64,000 bases of DNA, taken from Escherichia phage kvi. Shown here one piece after another: positions 1-7,865 of this stretch. Under the pieces are notes generated by a model that saw only the letters and a list, made by a program, of their open reading frames with translations, searched no databases and was not told where the DNA came from. The DNA lies in the sequence record MN850615.1. The stretch is one strand, 5' to 3'. The translations under genes and the position numbers were made by a program. Each line of letters begins with the position of its first letter. Within the stretch, counting starts at the first letter, position 1.

Positions 1-309
1 ATAAATTTCGACGATCTGCGCTGGAGTCAGCCCGTCTACATTAATCAGACTATCAAGCCCAAAACTACGGAAACCTTCAACTGCAATTTCATATACTGGC
101 AAAGATGTTTCTGATTCTTTACGCGGTTTTTCAACATTCGGAACTAACCACTTTTCGTATGTTTCAAACGGCATCAGTGCCGGATCTCGCGTGGCGATCA
201 TCTCACGGACAGTACCATCTTTCTTAGTAAACTGCAAAGAGTGAGTACCGACCGAAAACATTTTCTTTAGTGCTTCACGAAGTGCGATATTATCAACTTG
301 TTCAGTCAT
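1..309 (-). CDS. hypothetical protein, partial (3' end beyond window start)
   Basis: ATG at 309-307 next to cd stop; frame open to window edge (MTEQVDNIALREALKK...); absent from ORF track because no stop in window. Confidence 0.35.
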   Translation of the reverse strand, partial: MTEQVDNIALREALKKMFSVGTHSLQFTKKDGTVREMIATRDPALMPFETYEKWLVPNVEKPRKESETSLPVYEIAVEGFRSFGLDSLINVDGLTPAQIVEIY

Positions 310-808
310 TATCAATACCCTTCAAATCAGTCAATAATGCTTTTGGAATACGCGTGATTGTAATATCTGCATTATTCAGAATATCAGCCCAATCACGCCC
401 ACCATTTCGATCATATGTGTCGCAATAGTATAGATGTTTAATACCACTGTTTGCAATTGCTTTAGCGCAATCTGGACACGGTGAAGCAGTACACCACATA
501 CTAGCGCCTTCAATCGATACACCGCTACGGGCAGCAAACAAAATAGCATTTAATTCAGCGTGGATCTCGTTTTTCTGTGACCATGCACTATGCTCTGGTC
601 GTTTTTCTGGGATCATTTTGCCGTCATCATCCAGCCAACCGTTTTTATGTGCATGACAGCTACAATTTACTTGCCCTGCTGGAGTTCCGTTAAATCCAGT
701 AGAAATGATTCGCCCGTCTTTTTCAATTAGTGCGCCTACCTTCCACGAAACGCATTTAGAGTTCTTTGCGATTAGATAGGCGATCTGCATGTAAGTTTGT
801 GACAACAT
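302..808 (-). CDS. cd: dCMP deaminase
   Basis: 168 aa; cytidine/dCMP deaminase zinc motifs (HAELNA ... PCPDC); T4-like position downstream of pseT. Confidence 0.9.
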   Translation of the reverse strand: MLSQTYMQIAYLIAKNSKCVSWKVGALIEKDGRIISTGFNGTPAGQVNCSCHAHKNGWLDDDGKMIPEKRPEHSAWSQKNEIHAELNAILFAARSGVSIEGASMWCTASPCPDCAKAIANSGIKHLYYCDTYDRNGGRDWADILNNADITITRIPKALLTDLKGIDND

Positions 809-834
809 AATATAATCCTCACATCACATATTAA

Positions 835-1038
835 TTAACCGTATACGCGAAAGTATTCTACTGATCCGTCGCTATACTGTTTTACATTGAATGTATTCAC
901 ACCATGATTATTTCTCATGATGACATATACACTGCGACGTTCATCGCTAAACGGCATAACTGGCGCTGGTTCAATATCAACACTAAAACCACGTTTAGCA
1001 AGTGCTTCGCCTAATTGCTTGAGTTTATCGGTAAACAT
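835..1038 (-). CDS. hypothetical protein
   Basis: 67-aa ORF between pseT and cd; no recognisable motif. Confidence 0.4.
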   Translation of the reverse strand: MFTDKLKQLGEALAKRGFSVDIEPAPVMPFSDERRSVYVIMRNNHGVNTFNVKQYSDGSVEYFRVYG

Positions 1039-1916
1039 TAAAAGTCTCCGTAGTTAACCTGAAAACATTCTACACCAATTGAGCGGTACATGTCAACCAC
1101 TTGATCACGGTCATCTACTGCCAACACAACATGATAACGCGGTGCAATTTCAGAGAAGAAGATCTCTTTCTTCACTTCATGATCAGGACGACGATCATTA
1201 GTTTCACGTTGAAAGTGATCGCTAGGTTCAATACCCTGTTCACGCAGCCATTGCAGAGTATCTTCTTCGCAAACATCCTCACGCCCTGAGCATGTAATGA
1301 TACGATAACCATTATCACGATACAGTTTAAGCATTTCGATCACTTGCGGACGCGGTTTATCTTCTTTGACCTTTGTCCAGTCAAACGGATGACGACCGCC
1401 CTTATCCGCTAATGTTCCATCAATATCAAAGATCACTGCCTTCGGCAGCATGGTATTCGGTTTGTATACTTCTTGACCCATATATTCCTGCATCAGATAA
1501 AATTGGTTGCGCAAATGAGAAAGTGGGATTGCTTTCTCTCCGCGATAGAAATTACGTTTCTTTAGTGTCTCAAATGATTCATTGAACACTTGTTCAGTAT
1601 ACACCGCGTTAAATTCTTTTGCAAGTTCTTTGTAGAATACACGATGTTTTTCTTTCAGGTTAGTATCAGAGATAATGATACTTAATCCGCGTGATAGAGT
1701 CTCACGAGCAATCATTCTCTGAATAGACTCTACCAGCTTTTCTTTTTCCTTAGTATACTTGTATTTCAAATGTGAGTCAACGCCAAACAACATAAGACGA
1801 AGATCATCGCGATTCACATTACGATAATTACTAAACCGTTTACATGTTTCCATAGCCCATGTAGTTTTACCGGACCCAGAACAACCAACGGTTAAAATCA
1901 CTTCACATTTCGGCAT
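1038..1916 (-). CDS. pseT: polynucleotide 5'-kinase/3'-phosphatase
   Basis: P-loop GCSGSGKTTW at N-terminus plus HAD-type DxDGT phosphatase motif (FDIDGTL); start refined to ATG 1916 with SD AAGGAG, TAATG overlap with upstream gene. Confidence 0.9.
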   Translation of the reverse strand: MPKCEVILTVGCSGSGKTTWAMETCKRFSNYRNVNRDDLRLMLFGVDSHLKYKYTKEKEKLVESIQRMIARETLSRGLSIIISDTNLKEKHRVFYKELAKEFNAVYTEQVFNESFETLKKRNFYRGEKAIPLSHLRNQFYLMQEYMGQEVYKPNTMLPKAVIFDIDGTLADKGGRHPFDWTKVKEDKPRPQVIEMLKLYRDNGYRIITCSGREDVCEEDTLQWLREQGIEPSDHFQRETNDRRPDHEVKKEIFFSEIAPRYHVVLAVDDRDQVVDMYRSIGVECFQVNYGDF

Positions 1917-2368
1917 TATTTCTCCTTCGGTTTGCACCGTTCCTCATTAAGTTCTTTTCGATAATAACACATGATCAACTTACTTTCAAGTGTATATCTC
2001 TTAATATCCGCAAGCCAGACTCTGAATTTTTGGGAGTCCTCCCACGACATAGAAACTCTAGGTTTACCGTCTATTGTATCCACTTTCAGGTCAATGTCAA
2101 CTTTTTCTATTGGTGCTGGTAGTGGTGGATGTAATTTCGGTTCCTGTGAATAATGGTCCATTGTACACGAAGAAAGCGCAAATACAATAGGCACAGCGAA
2201 GACATGGATTATGGAGGTCTGAAAATTCTTATGTGCTTTCTTAAACATCCAGTGTATCACGAAAATTGAAAACACCATCAGGATAATAATGCTTGCACCT
2301 ATCCCCAGATAATCAACCAGATTAAAATTGCTTATCTGCTCTTGTGTAGGCAATATTTCTATGCTCAT
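1916..2368 (-). CDS. putative o-spanin (outer-membrane lipoprotein, PseT.2-like)
   Basis: Lipobox-like ALSSC after hydrophobic stretch, proline-rich segment; ATGA overlap and strong SD after i-spanin candidate; position between rnlA and pseT as for T4 spanins; start uncertain (M1 2368 or M41 2248). Confidence 0.4.
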   Translation of the reverse strand: MSIEILPTQEQISNFNLVDYLGIGASIIILMVFSIFVIHWMFKKAHKNFQTSIIHVFAVPIVFALSSCTMDHYSQEPKLHPPLPAPIEKVDIDLKVDTIDGKPRVSMSWEDSQKFRVWLADIKRYTLESKLIMCYYRKELNEERCKPKEK

Positions 2369-2688
2369 TTAGTAGCCTCCTTTAATTCTTCGGTAAACTC
2401 CTTAAATGAATCATTAAGCTGTTTCTCTACCAACTTTGGTTTTTGTGCTACTACATAGCCTCGTGTAGCGTCTTTCATTGCTTTGTTTTGTTCTTCTGCA
2501 AACTTAGTTCTTATTCCGTACATCTCCTTTTGTAGTGAGTCTACGACCTTCATCTTTTCATCTGTCTTTTTCTTATATTCTGTAAATTCCTGATTCAGCC
2601 GATCTACCTCCTTTTTATTTTCCCACCACATATTGCCACCTACCCCCAGCAATACAGATATGATAACAATGTATATCAGCTTTGACAT
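2365..2688 (-). CDS. putative i-spanin (type II membrane, coiled-coil; PseT.3-like)
   Basis: N-terminal TM helix (LIYIVIISVLLGVGG) followed by charged coiled-coil region; start refined to ATG 2688. Confidence 0.5.
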   Translation of the reverse strand: MSKLIYIVIISVLLGVGGNMWWENKKEVDRLNQEFTEYKKKTDEKMKVVDSLQKEMYGIRTKFAEEQNKAMKDATRGYVVAQKPKLVEKQLNDSFKEFTEELKEATK

Positions 2689-2699
2689 ATTACCCCCAA

Positions 2700-2727
2700 C
2701 GACAAAAGGCGGGGAACTAGCCCCGCT
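2700..2727 (-). terminator. rho-independent terminator downstream of rnlA
   Basis: GCGGGG-CTAGTT-CCCCGC hairpin followed by TTTTGT on minus strand. Confidence 0.55.
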
Positions 2728-2732
2728 TATTA

Positions 2733-3902
2733 TTACCAATCAATCTTATCAGCCGGAATAAGTTTCTTATAATTCCGTAGATAGTAAGTTTTCATTGAAT
2801 CCAGAATACGGTCATAATCAAGACCATCAAATGCAATCATCAGACACATGAAAATATATGCTTGTGCATCACCATGTTTACGTGATTCGATAGTCGCATT
2901 TGATGCATATGTCTTTCTGTCTTCTCCCGCGTGTGCGTTATAAAATTCTGTTGCTGTCGTGAAGGCATTGCGAAGAATAGACCTGAATGCTTCCTCGAAT
3001 AGCTCGATTCGTTCCAGTGCTTCCGGTTCGCCTTCATATGCAGCACGCAAATCATCGGTTTCGCTTTCTACGACATAGTAGATCAGGTTATTAGGAAACA
3101 TCGATGTGTTTTTAATGTTATGCACACCAATATACCATTCACTCTTCACTTTGAACATTTGACCGTCTTTAGTGCGTGCAACAATTCCTTCGATACCTTC
3201 TGCGGTCCGAACTTCATCAAGAATATTGCTAAAACGCGCTGAATCAACCTGTAACGCATTTACCAGATGAGGACGTAGGATTGCGTCAGCAAATAGCATT
3301 TGATGCGGTACGTACTCTCCTGTGACGTTATGGCGTACATTCAGAAGTGTTAGCGACGGTTCAGAATATTCTACAACAATTCGGTTGCTGGGTGCTGTAT
3401 ATTCAAAGTTGAAAGTATAATCAGACCCAATATCAGCAATCTTAGCGCGTAGATCCGCATACTTCTCTGAATACAGAAGACCGTTTGCTCTCTCTGCCTG
3501 GCTTGAGTACAAGGCCGCTTTAGACTTCAACTGAACATAGCCGTTATCAATGTATGTGCTTACTAGACTACCGTCCATTTTGTCCATGACCATTTCCACA
3601 TCTTCCGGCTTAAAGCGAGCGCGATCATTCTCACCCAAATTAAAAAACTTCTCCATAGGACGAGATGCGATGCGGACCGGACGACCTTTATCGTCAATTT
3701 CAAACATGATCCCGCGACACTCTAACGCATCTGGTTTATTCCACATTTCCGGTTTGCTCAAGTACAGATAGCTAAAAATGCGCATACGGGTTTGCATCGC
3801 CGTAATTTCATCTTTGTAATAGAACGTATCAGATCCGTCACATAGTGCCATCAGATTTTTGAACAATGCTAAAACTTTTTTGTTGTTTTCTTTTGTTGAC
3901 AT
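2733..3902 (-). CDS. rnlA: RNA ligase 1
   Basis: 389 aa; Rnl1-type motifs (DALECRGIMFE, nucleotidyltransferase lysine region KMDGSL), T4-like position (gene 63). Confidence 0.85.
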   Translation of the reverse strand: MSTKENNKKVLALFKNLMALCDGSDTFYYKDEITAMQTRMRIFSYLYLSKPEMWNKPDALECRGIMFEIDDKGRPVRIASRPMEKFFNLGENDRARFKPEDVEMVMDKMDGSLVSTYIDNGYVQLKSKAALYSSQAERANGLLYSEKYADLRAKIADIGSDYTFNFEYTAPSNRIVVEYSEPSLTLLNVRHNVTGEYVPHQMLFADAILRPHLVNALQVDSARFSNILDEVRTAEGIEGIVARTKDGQMFKVKSEWYIGVHNIKNTSMFPNNLIYYVVESETDDLRAAYEGEPEALERIELFEEAFRSILRNAFTTATEFYNAHAGEDRKTYASNATIESRKHGDAQAYIFMCLMIAFDGLDYDRILDSMKTYYLRNYKKLIPADKIDW

Positions 3903-4299
3903 AATTTGTGTTCCATTCTGGTTTAAATTTGGTGATCAAAACAGGTTCTTCGATATCGGCAGTGCTTATAATATCCTTGCCCGTTGGATTCTCAATATAT
4001 AACTCAAAGCACTGGCGGTAATAGAATGTTACTGTCTTACCTTCCTCTAGCGCCTTATGAATATTCTTACTCTTGCGAGTATCCGCTGTTGGTGTTTGTC
4101 TGTTAATGCTAGTCCGGTAATAATTGATCCGCTTTCTGAGATTGACAGTCTGACCAATGTATACCAGTTCATCATCAACCGAAATAGCGTAAAGAACATT
4201 TAAACGGTTCTTCTGAGGCGGTAGAATCACGTCACCATCTTTACACTCTAAACATGAATATTTAACGAATCCATAGTTTTCTATTAGCTCATTAATCAT
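3838..4299 (-). CDS. denA: endonuclease II (GIY-YIG family)
   Basis: 153 aa; GIY-YIG-like core VLYAI...VYIGQT...LRKRINYYR; between rnlA and nrdB as in T4. Confidence 0.8.
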   Translation of the reverse strand: MINELIENYGFVKYSCLECKDGDVILPPQKNRLNVLYAISVDDELVYIGQTVNLRKRINYYRTSINRQTPTADTRKSKNIHKALEEGKTVTFYYRQCFELYIENPTGKDIISTADIEEPVLITKFKPEWNTNYVNKRKQQKSFSIVQKSDGTM

Positions 4300-4349
4300 T
4301 ATCCTTTCCTCACGTCACAACAAAGGCGGGATTTCTCCCGCCCACCTTA

Positions 4350-4748
4350 TTAACTTTCCAGAATATCGCGAGCTTCGTTACGCTCCTTGATGATTTTCAG
4401 GACAAATTCCAGTTTTTCTTTGTTTAGTGTTCCGTTTTCCATTGCTTCTTTGACGGTAAACACTCCGCCACCTTGACCGTATACAGTGACAGTGATTTCA
4501 CCTAACATCGTGGTATGAAAACCGCCAATTTTCGGTGATTCGAAAGAAACAATTACCTCGCGGACAGTATTACCGTCGTTGATTTCTGAGAGGGTAATGT
4601 CGTTTTTGTAGGCGGTTGCTTTAACCATACGGATCAGCATAGTCTGATCTGGGGAGATGGTCATTTTGTCCATTGCATGTTGCAATGCAGCGTAACCGAA
4701 AACTTTAACGAAGTCCAGAACGTCTTTGCGAGTTTGAAATTTAATCAT
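4350..4748 (-). CDS. hypothetical protein
   Basis: 132-aa ORF with upstream promoter and SD. Confidence 0.5.
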   Translation of the reverse strand: MIKFQTRKDVLDFVKVFGYAALQHAMDKMTISPDQTMLIRMVKATAYKNDITLSEINDGNTVREVIVSFESPKIGGFHTTMLGEITVTVYGQGGGVFTVKEAMENGTLNKEKLEFVLKIIKERNEARDILES

Positions 4749-4781
4749 CTTGATACTCCTTAGTTGTTTTGGTATGGGAGT

Positions 4782-4810
4782 ATCTTACTACTCCCGTGAT
4801 ATGCTGTCAA
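4782..4810 (-). promoter_or_regulatory. sigma70-like early promoter
   Basis: minus strand TTGACA (4810-4805) N17 TAAGAT (4787-4782); -10 sits in loop of GGGAGTA/TACTCCC hairpin. Confidence 0.5.
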
Positions 4811-4818
4811 CTGCTTTT

Positions 4819-4968
4819 TTATGCAACCGCAAACATCAACATTTGAACATTCTTGGCTGTCTGGCTTTCAAAGTTCTGACATTCTTTGATAATGTCCTCT
4901 ACTTTCTCGCCGGAGATCTCCGCGTAAGTTTCGATTGCCATTTTCAGTACCGCGTCAAAGTTGTTCAT
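4819..4968 (-). CDS. small hypothetical protein (49 aa)
   Basis: ATG 4968 preceded by AAGGAGAATCAA; MNNFDAVLKMAIETYAEISGEKVEDIIKEC...; own promoter upstream; below ORF-track cutoff. Confidence 0.35.
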   Translation of the reverse strand: MNNFDAVLKMAIETYAEISGEKVEDIIKECQNFESQTAKNVQMLMFAVA

Positions 4969-5006
4969 TTGATTCTCCTTAAAGTGTATTTCGTTTCGAT
5001 GGGGGT

Positions 5007-5035
5007 ATATTAATACCCCCGTTATTCAGTGTCAA
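5007..5035 (-). promoter_or_regulatory. sigma70-like early promoter
   Basis: TTGACA N17 TAATAT; -10 embedded in GGGGGTAT/ATACCCCC palindrome. Confidence 0.5.
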
Positions 5036-5254
5036 CTACTTTTTAATGACAATTTCGAATTTTGCTACCTTTCGTCCTCGTTTATTGAAAGCAACCCACG
5101 GACGGTTTTCAATATAGAACAATTCTTCGCCAATAATGAATACTGGCTGATTGTAAAGGCGACCCATCAGGTCACGCTGGCGAATGGTAGTAGATTCGTA
5201 TACTTCGCCTACTACAAAGTGTTTGCTGATAGAGTCGGTGCAAGTAAATTTCAT
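5036..5254 (-). CDS. hypothetical protein
   Basis: 72-aa ORF with SD; own promoter. Confidence 0.45.
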   Translation of the reverse strand: MKFTCTDSISKHFVVGEVYESTTIRQRDLMGRLYNQPVFIIGEELFYIENRPWVAFNKRGRKVAKFEIVIKK

Positions 5255-5283
5255 TTTGATTCTCCTTTGTTTCTTGGTGGGGT

Positions 5284-5313
5284 ATATTACTACCCCCCGT
5301 TATTCAGTGTCAA
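5284..5313 (-). promoter_or_regulatory. sigma70-like early promoter
   Basis: TTGACA N18 TAATAT; near-duplicate of promoter at 5007-5035. Confidence 0.45.
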
Positions 5314-5320
5314 CTACTTT

Positions 5321-5539
5321 TTACTTGTTGTATTCATTCCACCATTGAGTGAGCTTATCAATTATTTTTGTGTTTCTATCCAACTTATCCCACCGTTTTC
5401 TAGGGTTTATCAACCGGAATAGGTAAGGTGTACTTGTTAAGTGAACTCGGTCAATGTAGTGATTGATGTACTGCTTTTCGATTCTAAGTTTCATCTTTTT
5501 ACGATGAAAATATGCAATGACTTGTTCTTCTGTTTCCAT
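5321..5539 (-). CDS. hypothetical protein
   Basis: 72-aa basic ORF. Confidence 0.45.
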   Translation of the reverse strand: METEEQVIAYFHRKKMKLRIEKQYINHYIDRVHLTSTPYLFRLINPRKRWDKLDRNTKIIDKLTQWWNEYNK

Positions 5540-5563
5540 ATGTTCCTCCGTTTCGATGTGCGT

Positions 5564-5592
5564 ATTATGCTATGGCAAGATCAGATTGTCAA
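5564..5592 (-). promoter_or_regulatory. sigma70-like early promoter
   Basis: TTGACA N17 CATAAT followed by conserved leader CATCGAAAC..GGAGG. Confidence 0.5.
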
Positions 5593-5601
5593 CACCCAAT
5601 A

Positions 5602-5628
5602 ACAAAAAAAGTCGCCACTATGGGCGAC
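5602..5628 (-). terminator. rho-independent terminator
   Basis: GTCGCC-CATAGT-GGCGAC hairpin + TTTTTTTGT on minus strand, after 5641..6117. Confidence 0.6.
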
Positions 5629-5640
5629 TTTGAACAAACA

Positions 5641-6117
5641 TTAATCATGACCGTGATTTGCAATATCCGCTCGCGTCTTATCTTTGTGATTTCCTACGTC
5701 AAAGACACGATAACCATTTTCACGCAAAACTTTAATCACTTCTGGGTTATCCTCAAAGACTCCGACAACTTCATCTTTATCAAAGGATTTAATTACCTCT
5801 AATTTGATGTGATAGTCTTTACGGGAATCTGTACGGCCTCTCATAAAGATTTTATCAAAACACACCCCGTTAGAAATTAACCAATCAATTGTTTCCATGT
5901 AAGCATGTGAACTTCGTCCGGTGAGGATGTAAATCAAATGCCCGTTGTCGGAAAGAGCATTAATAACACGAATTACATCGTAAATGGGGGAATCTCCCCC
6001 ACATGCCTTGTTATATTCGATCCATGACTCGACTTTATCAAGATTTTCGGTTGGCATCTTTGCTAGTCGATGCGTTGGATCTGTGATCGTAAAATCTAAA
6101 TCGACAAAATATATCAT
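5641..6117 (-). CDS. HAD-superfamily phosphatase (putative nucleotidase)
   Basis: 158 aa; N-terminal DxDxT motif (VDLDFTIT), later T/S (ILTGRS), K and acidic (FEDNPE) motifs; adjacent to nrdB. Confidence 0.5.
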   Translation of the reverse strand: MIYFVDLDFTITDPTHRLAKMPTENLDKVESWIEYNKACGGDSPIYDVIRVINALSDNGHLIYILTGRSSHAYMETIDWLISNGVCFDKIFMRGRTDSRKDYHIKLEVIKSFDKDEVVGVFEDNPEVIKVLRENGYRVFDVGNHKDKTRADIANHGHD

Positions 6118-7274
6118 AGATATTTCCCGAATCGGTTGTAGTCATCGTCTGTTAAATCGGTATTAACCTGAGATACCAGATACATGATCTCTACTTCTTG
6201 CGCCGCGTTTTGAACTTCGTCAGAGTTCAACCATTTACGCATCCACGGTAACGGATGACGACGAACACTAAACGGGCTTTTCAGTCCGGCAGCACGCATA
6301 CGGGAATCTGCCAGGTATTCTACATAGGTTTTCAGAATTTCCGGTGACAGGTTAGGAATTGCCCCCATTGCGAATAGGTGGTCTACCCATTCTTTTTCTT
6401 GCTCGACAACATCCAGAAAGATTTTCGTTGCTTCGCCTTCAAGTTCTTCCGCAATCTGTTTCCACTCATCACCATCAACCCCCGTTTGCCATTGACGAAT
6501 AATGTATTGTGTGCCTTTTAAGTGAAGTTGTTCATCACGCGCAATAAATTTCATGATCTTCGCGTTACCTTCCAGTAAACCACGTTCGGCAAAGCTGAAA
6601 GTACATGCAAAGGACACATAAAAACGAATTGCTTCCAGTGCATTGACGCAGTGTGCACACAGATAAATCGAAGCCATCAGATCTCGTTTTGTATCTTCAA
6701 AAAATCTTCTTGCATCATCTAATGCTGTCTGGTCGTCTCGTTCTTCCCAATAACGGAGATCTTCTTTTGCATTCTCATACTTACGAATCCAATAAAGAAC
6801 ATCATCATAATATTTCCCGATAGATTCCGCTCGCTTCATGATAGCAGGGTTATCGATGATCTGGTCGAACTCACTAGCCGGATCAATGAAACAGTTACGC
6901 ATAATGTGTGTATAGCTTCGGCTATGAATCGTTTCGCTGAATGTCCATGTTTGCAACCATGTATCGAGAGTTGGATCAGATACAATTGGACCAAATGCTG
7001 CGGACGGTGCGCGACCTTGAATAGAATCAAGTAATGTCTGATACTTCAAGTTTTCAGTAAAGAAACGCTTTTCAACGTCACCCATATTAAGATATTGAAT
7101 GCGGTCGGTTGCAAGTGAAATTTCTTCTGGACGCCAGAAAAATGACAATTGCTTTTCGATCAGTTCTTCAAATACTTGATGACGCTGAATATCATAGCGA
7201 GCTATACCCAACCCACTACCCAGAAACATCGGTTCGTTCATAATATCAACATGTTCGCGGTTAAATACGCTCAT
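6114..7274 (-). CDS. nrdB: ribonucleotide reductase small (beta) subunit
   Basis: 386 aa; class Ia R2 di-iron/tyrosyl radical ferritin-like signature; T4 synteny. Confidence 0.9.
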   Translation of the reverse strand: MSVFNREHVDIMNEPMFLGSGLGIARYDIQRHQVFEELIEKQLSFFWRPEEISLATDRIQYLNMGDVEKRFFTENLKYQTLLDSIQGRAPSAAFGPIVSDPTLDTWLQTWTFSETIHSRSYTHIMRNCFIDPASEFDQIIDNPAIMKRAESIGKYYDDVLYWIRKYENAKEDLRYWEERDDQTALDDARRFFEDTKRDLMASIYLCAHCVNALEAIRFYVSFACTFSFAERGLLEGNAKIMKFIARDEQLHLKGTQYIIRQWQTGVDGDEWKQIAEELEGEATKIFLDVVEQEKEWVDHLFAMGAIPNLSPEILKTYVEYLADSRMRAAGLKSPFSVRRHPLPWMRKWLNSDEVQNAAQEVEIMYLVSQVNTDLTDDDYNRFGKYL

Positions 7275-7289
7275 TAATTCACCTCACTA

Positions 7290-7457
7290 TCACTTTTTAA
7301 CACAAAAGAACTTAGTATTTCTGTTTATTTCGCTATCCTGCTGCAATTCCTGCACAGCTTCAAAACAATTTTGATATGATGAAAACTCTACGCTGGTAAC
7401 AGTTCCTTTATTATATACGCCTACGCTAACGGAAAGCAATAACCATAATGTAGTCAT
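7290..7457 (-). CDS. small secreted/membrane protein, paralog B (55 aa)
   Basis: MTTLWLLLSVSVGVYNKG... two Cys; TAATG coupling to upstream paralog; unlisted in ORF track. Confidence 0.35.
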   Translation of the reverse strand: MTTLWLLLSVSVGVYNKGTVTSVEFSSYQNCFEAVQELQQDSEINRNTKFFCVKK

Positions 7458-7630
7458 TAGTTCACCTTTTGTTTTTCAACGCAATATAGATTCATAAAGC
7501 GTTTATTGTCTTCGCTGATAATCTCGCGAGCTTTAACGCAATCCTGCTTTGTTGCAAACTCAATGCTTGACATATTTCCGTAATTATACATTGAATTGCT
7601 TATTGCAATCAATAACCATACAGTAGCCAT
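7457..7630 (-). CDS. small secreted/membrane protein, paralog A (57 aa)
   Basis: MATVWLLIAISNSMYNYG... two Cys; TAATG coupling to upstream ORF. Confidence 0.35.
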   Translation of the reverse strand: MATVWLLIAISNSMYNYGNMSSIEFATKQDCVKAREIISEDNKRFMNLYCVEKQKVN

Positions 7631-7797
7631 TATCCGACAACCTCAAAACATTTATCATCAGGAAGAATCGCCCATTCTACACCGTATTCATCCTCGACGT
7701 AGTAGCAAGTCCCATCATGTCGAGCATCATATTCATCACCAACAACAAAGCTATCAGCTAGTTCAAAATCTACAGCAACACATTTTAATTTGGTCAT
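7630..7797 (-). CDS. small acidic hypothetical protein
   Basis: start refined to ATG 7797 (downstream of promoter); 55 aa. Confidence 0.4.
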   Translation of the reverse strand: MTKLKCVAVDFELADSFVVGDEYDARHDGTCYYVEDEYGVEWAILPDDKCFEVVG

Positions 7798-7828
7798 AAT
7801 AAAATCCTCACTTGTTTTTGATGGTTGT

Positions 7829-7857
7829 ATTATAGCGGGGATTTCTCCCCGCGTCAA
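7829..7857 (-). promoter_or_regulatory. sigma70-like early promoter with hairpin spacer
   Basis: TTGACG N17 TATAAT; spacer is perfect GCGGGGA-GAAA-TCCCCGC palindrome. Confidence 0.5.
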
Positions 7858-7865
7858 CACTTATT

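Noticed and set aside
4750-5013. 87-aa plus-strand ORF spanning the 4750-5013 intergenic region
   Set aside because: The region is better explained by minus-strand promoter modules and a 49-codon minus-strand sORF with a strong SD; plus-strand ORF has no translation signals.
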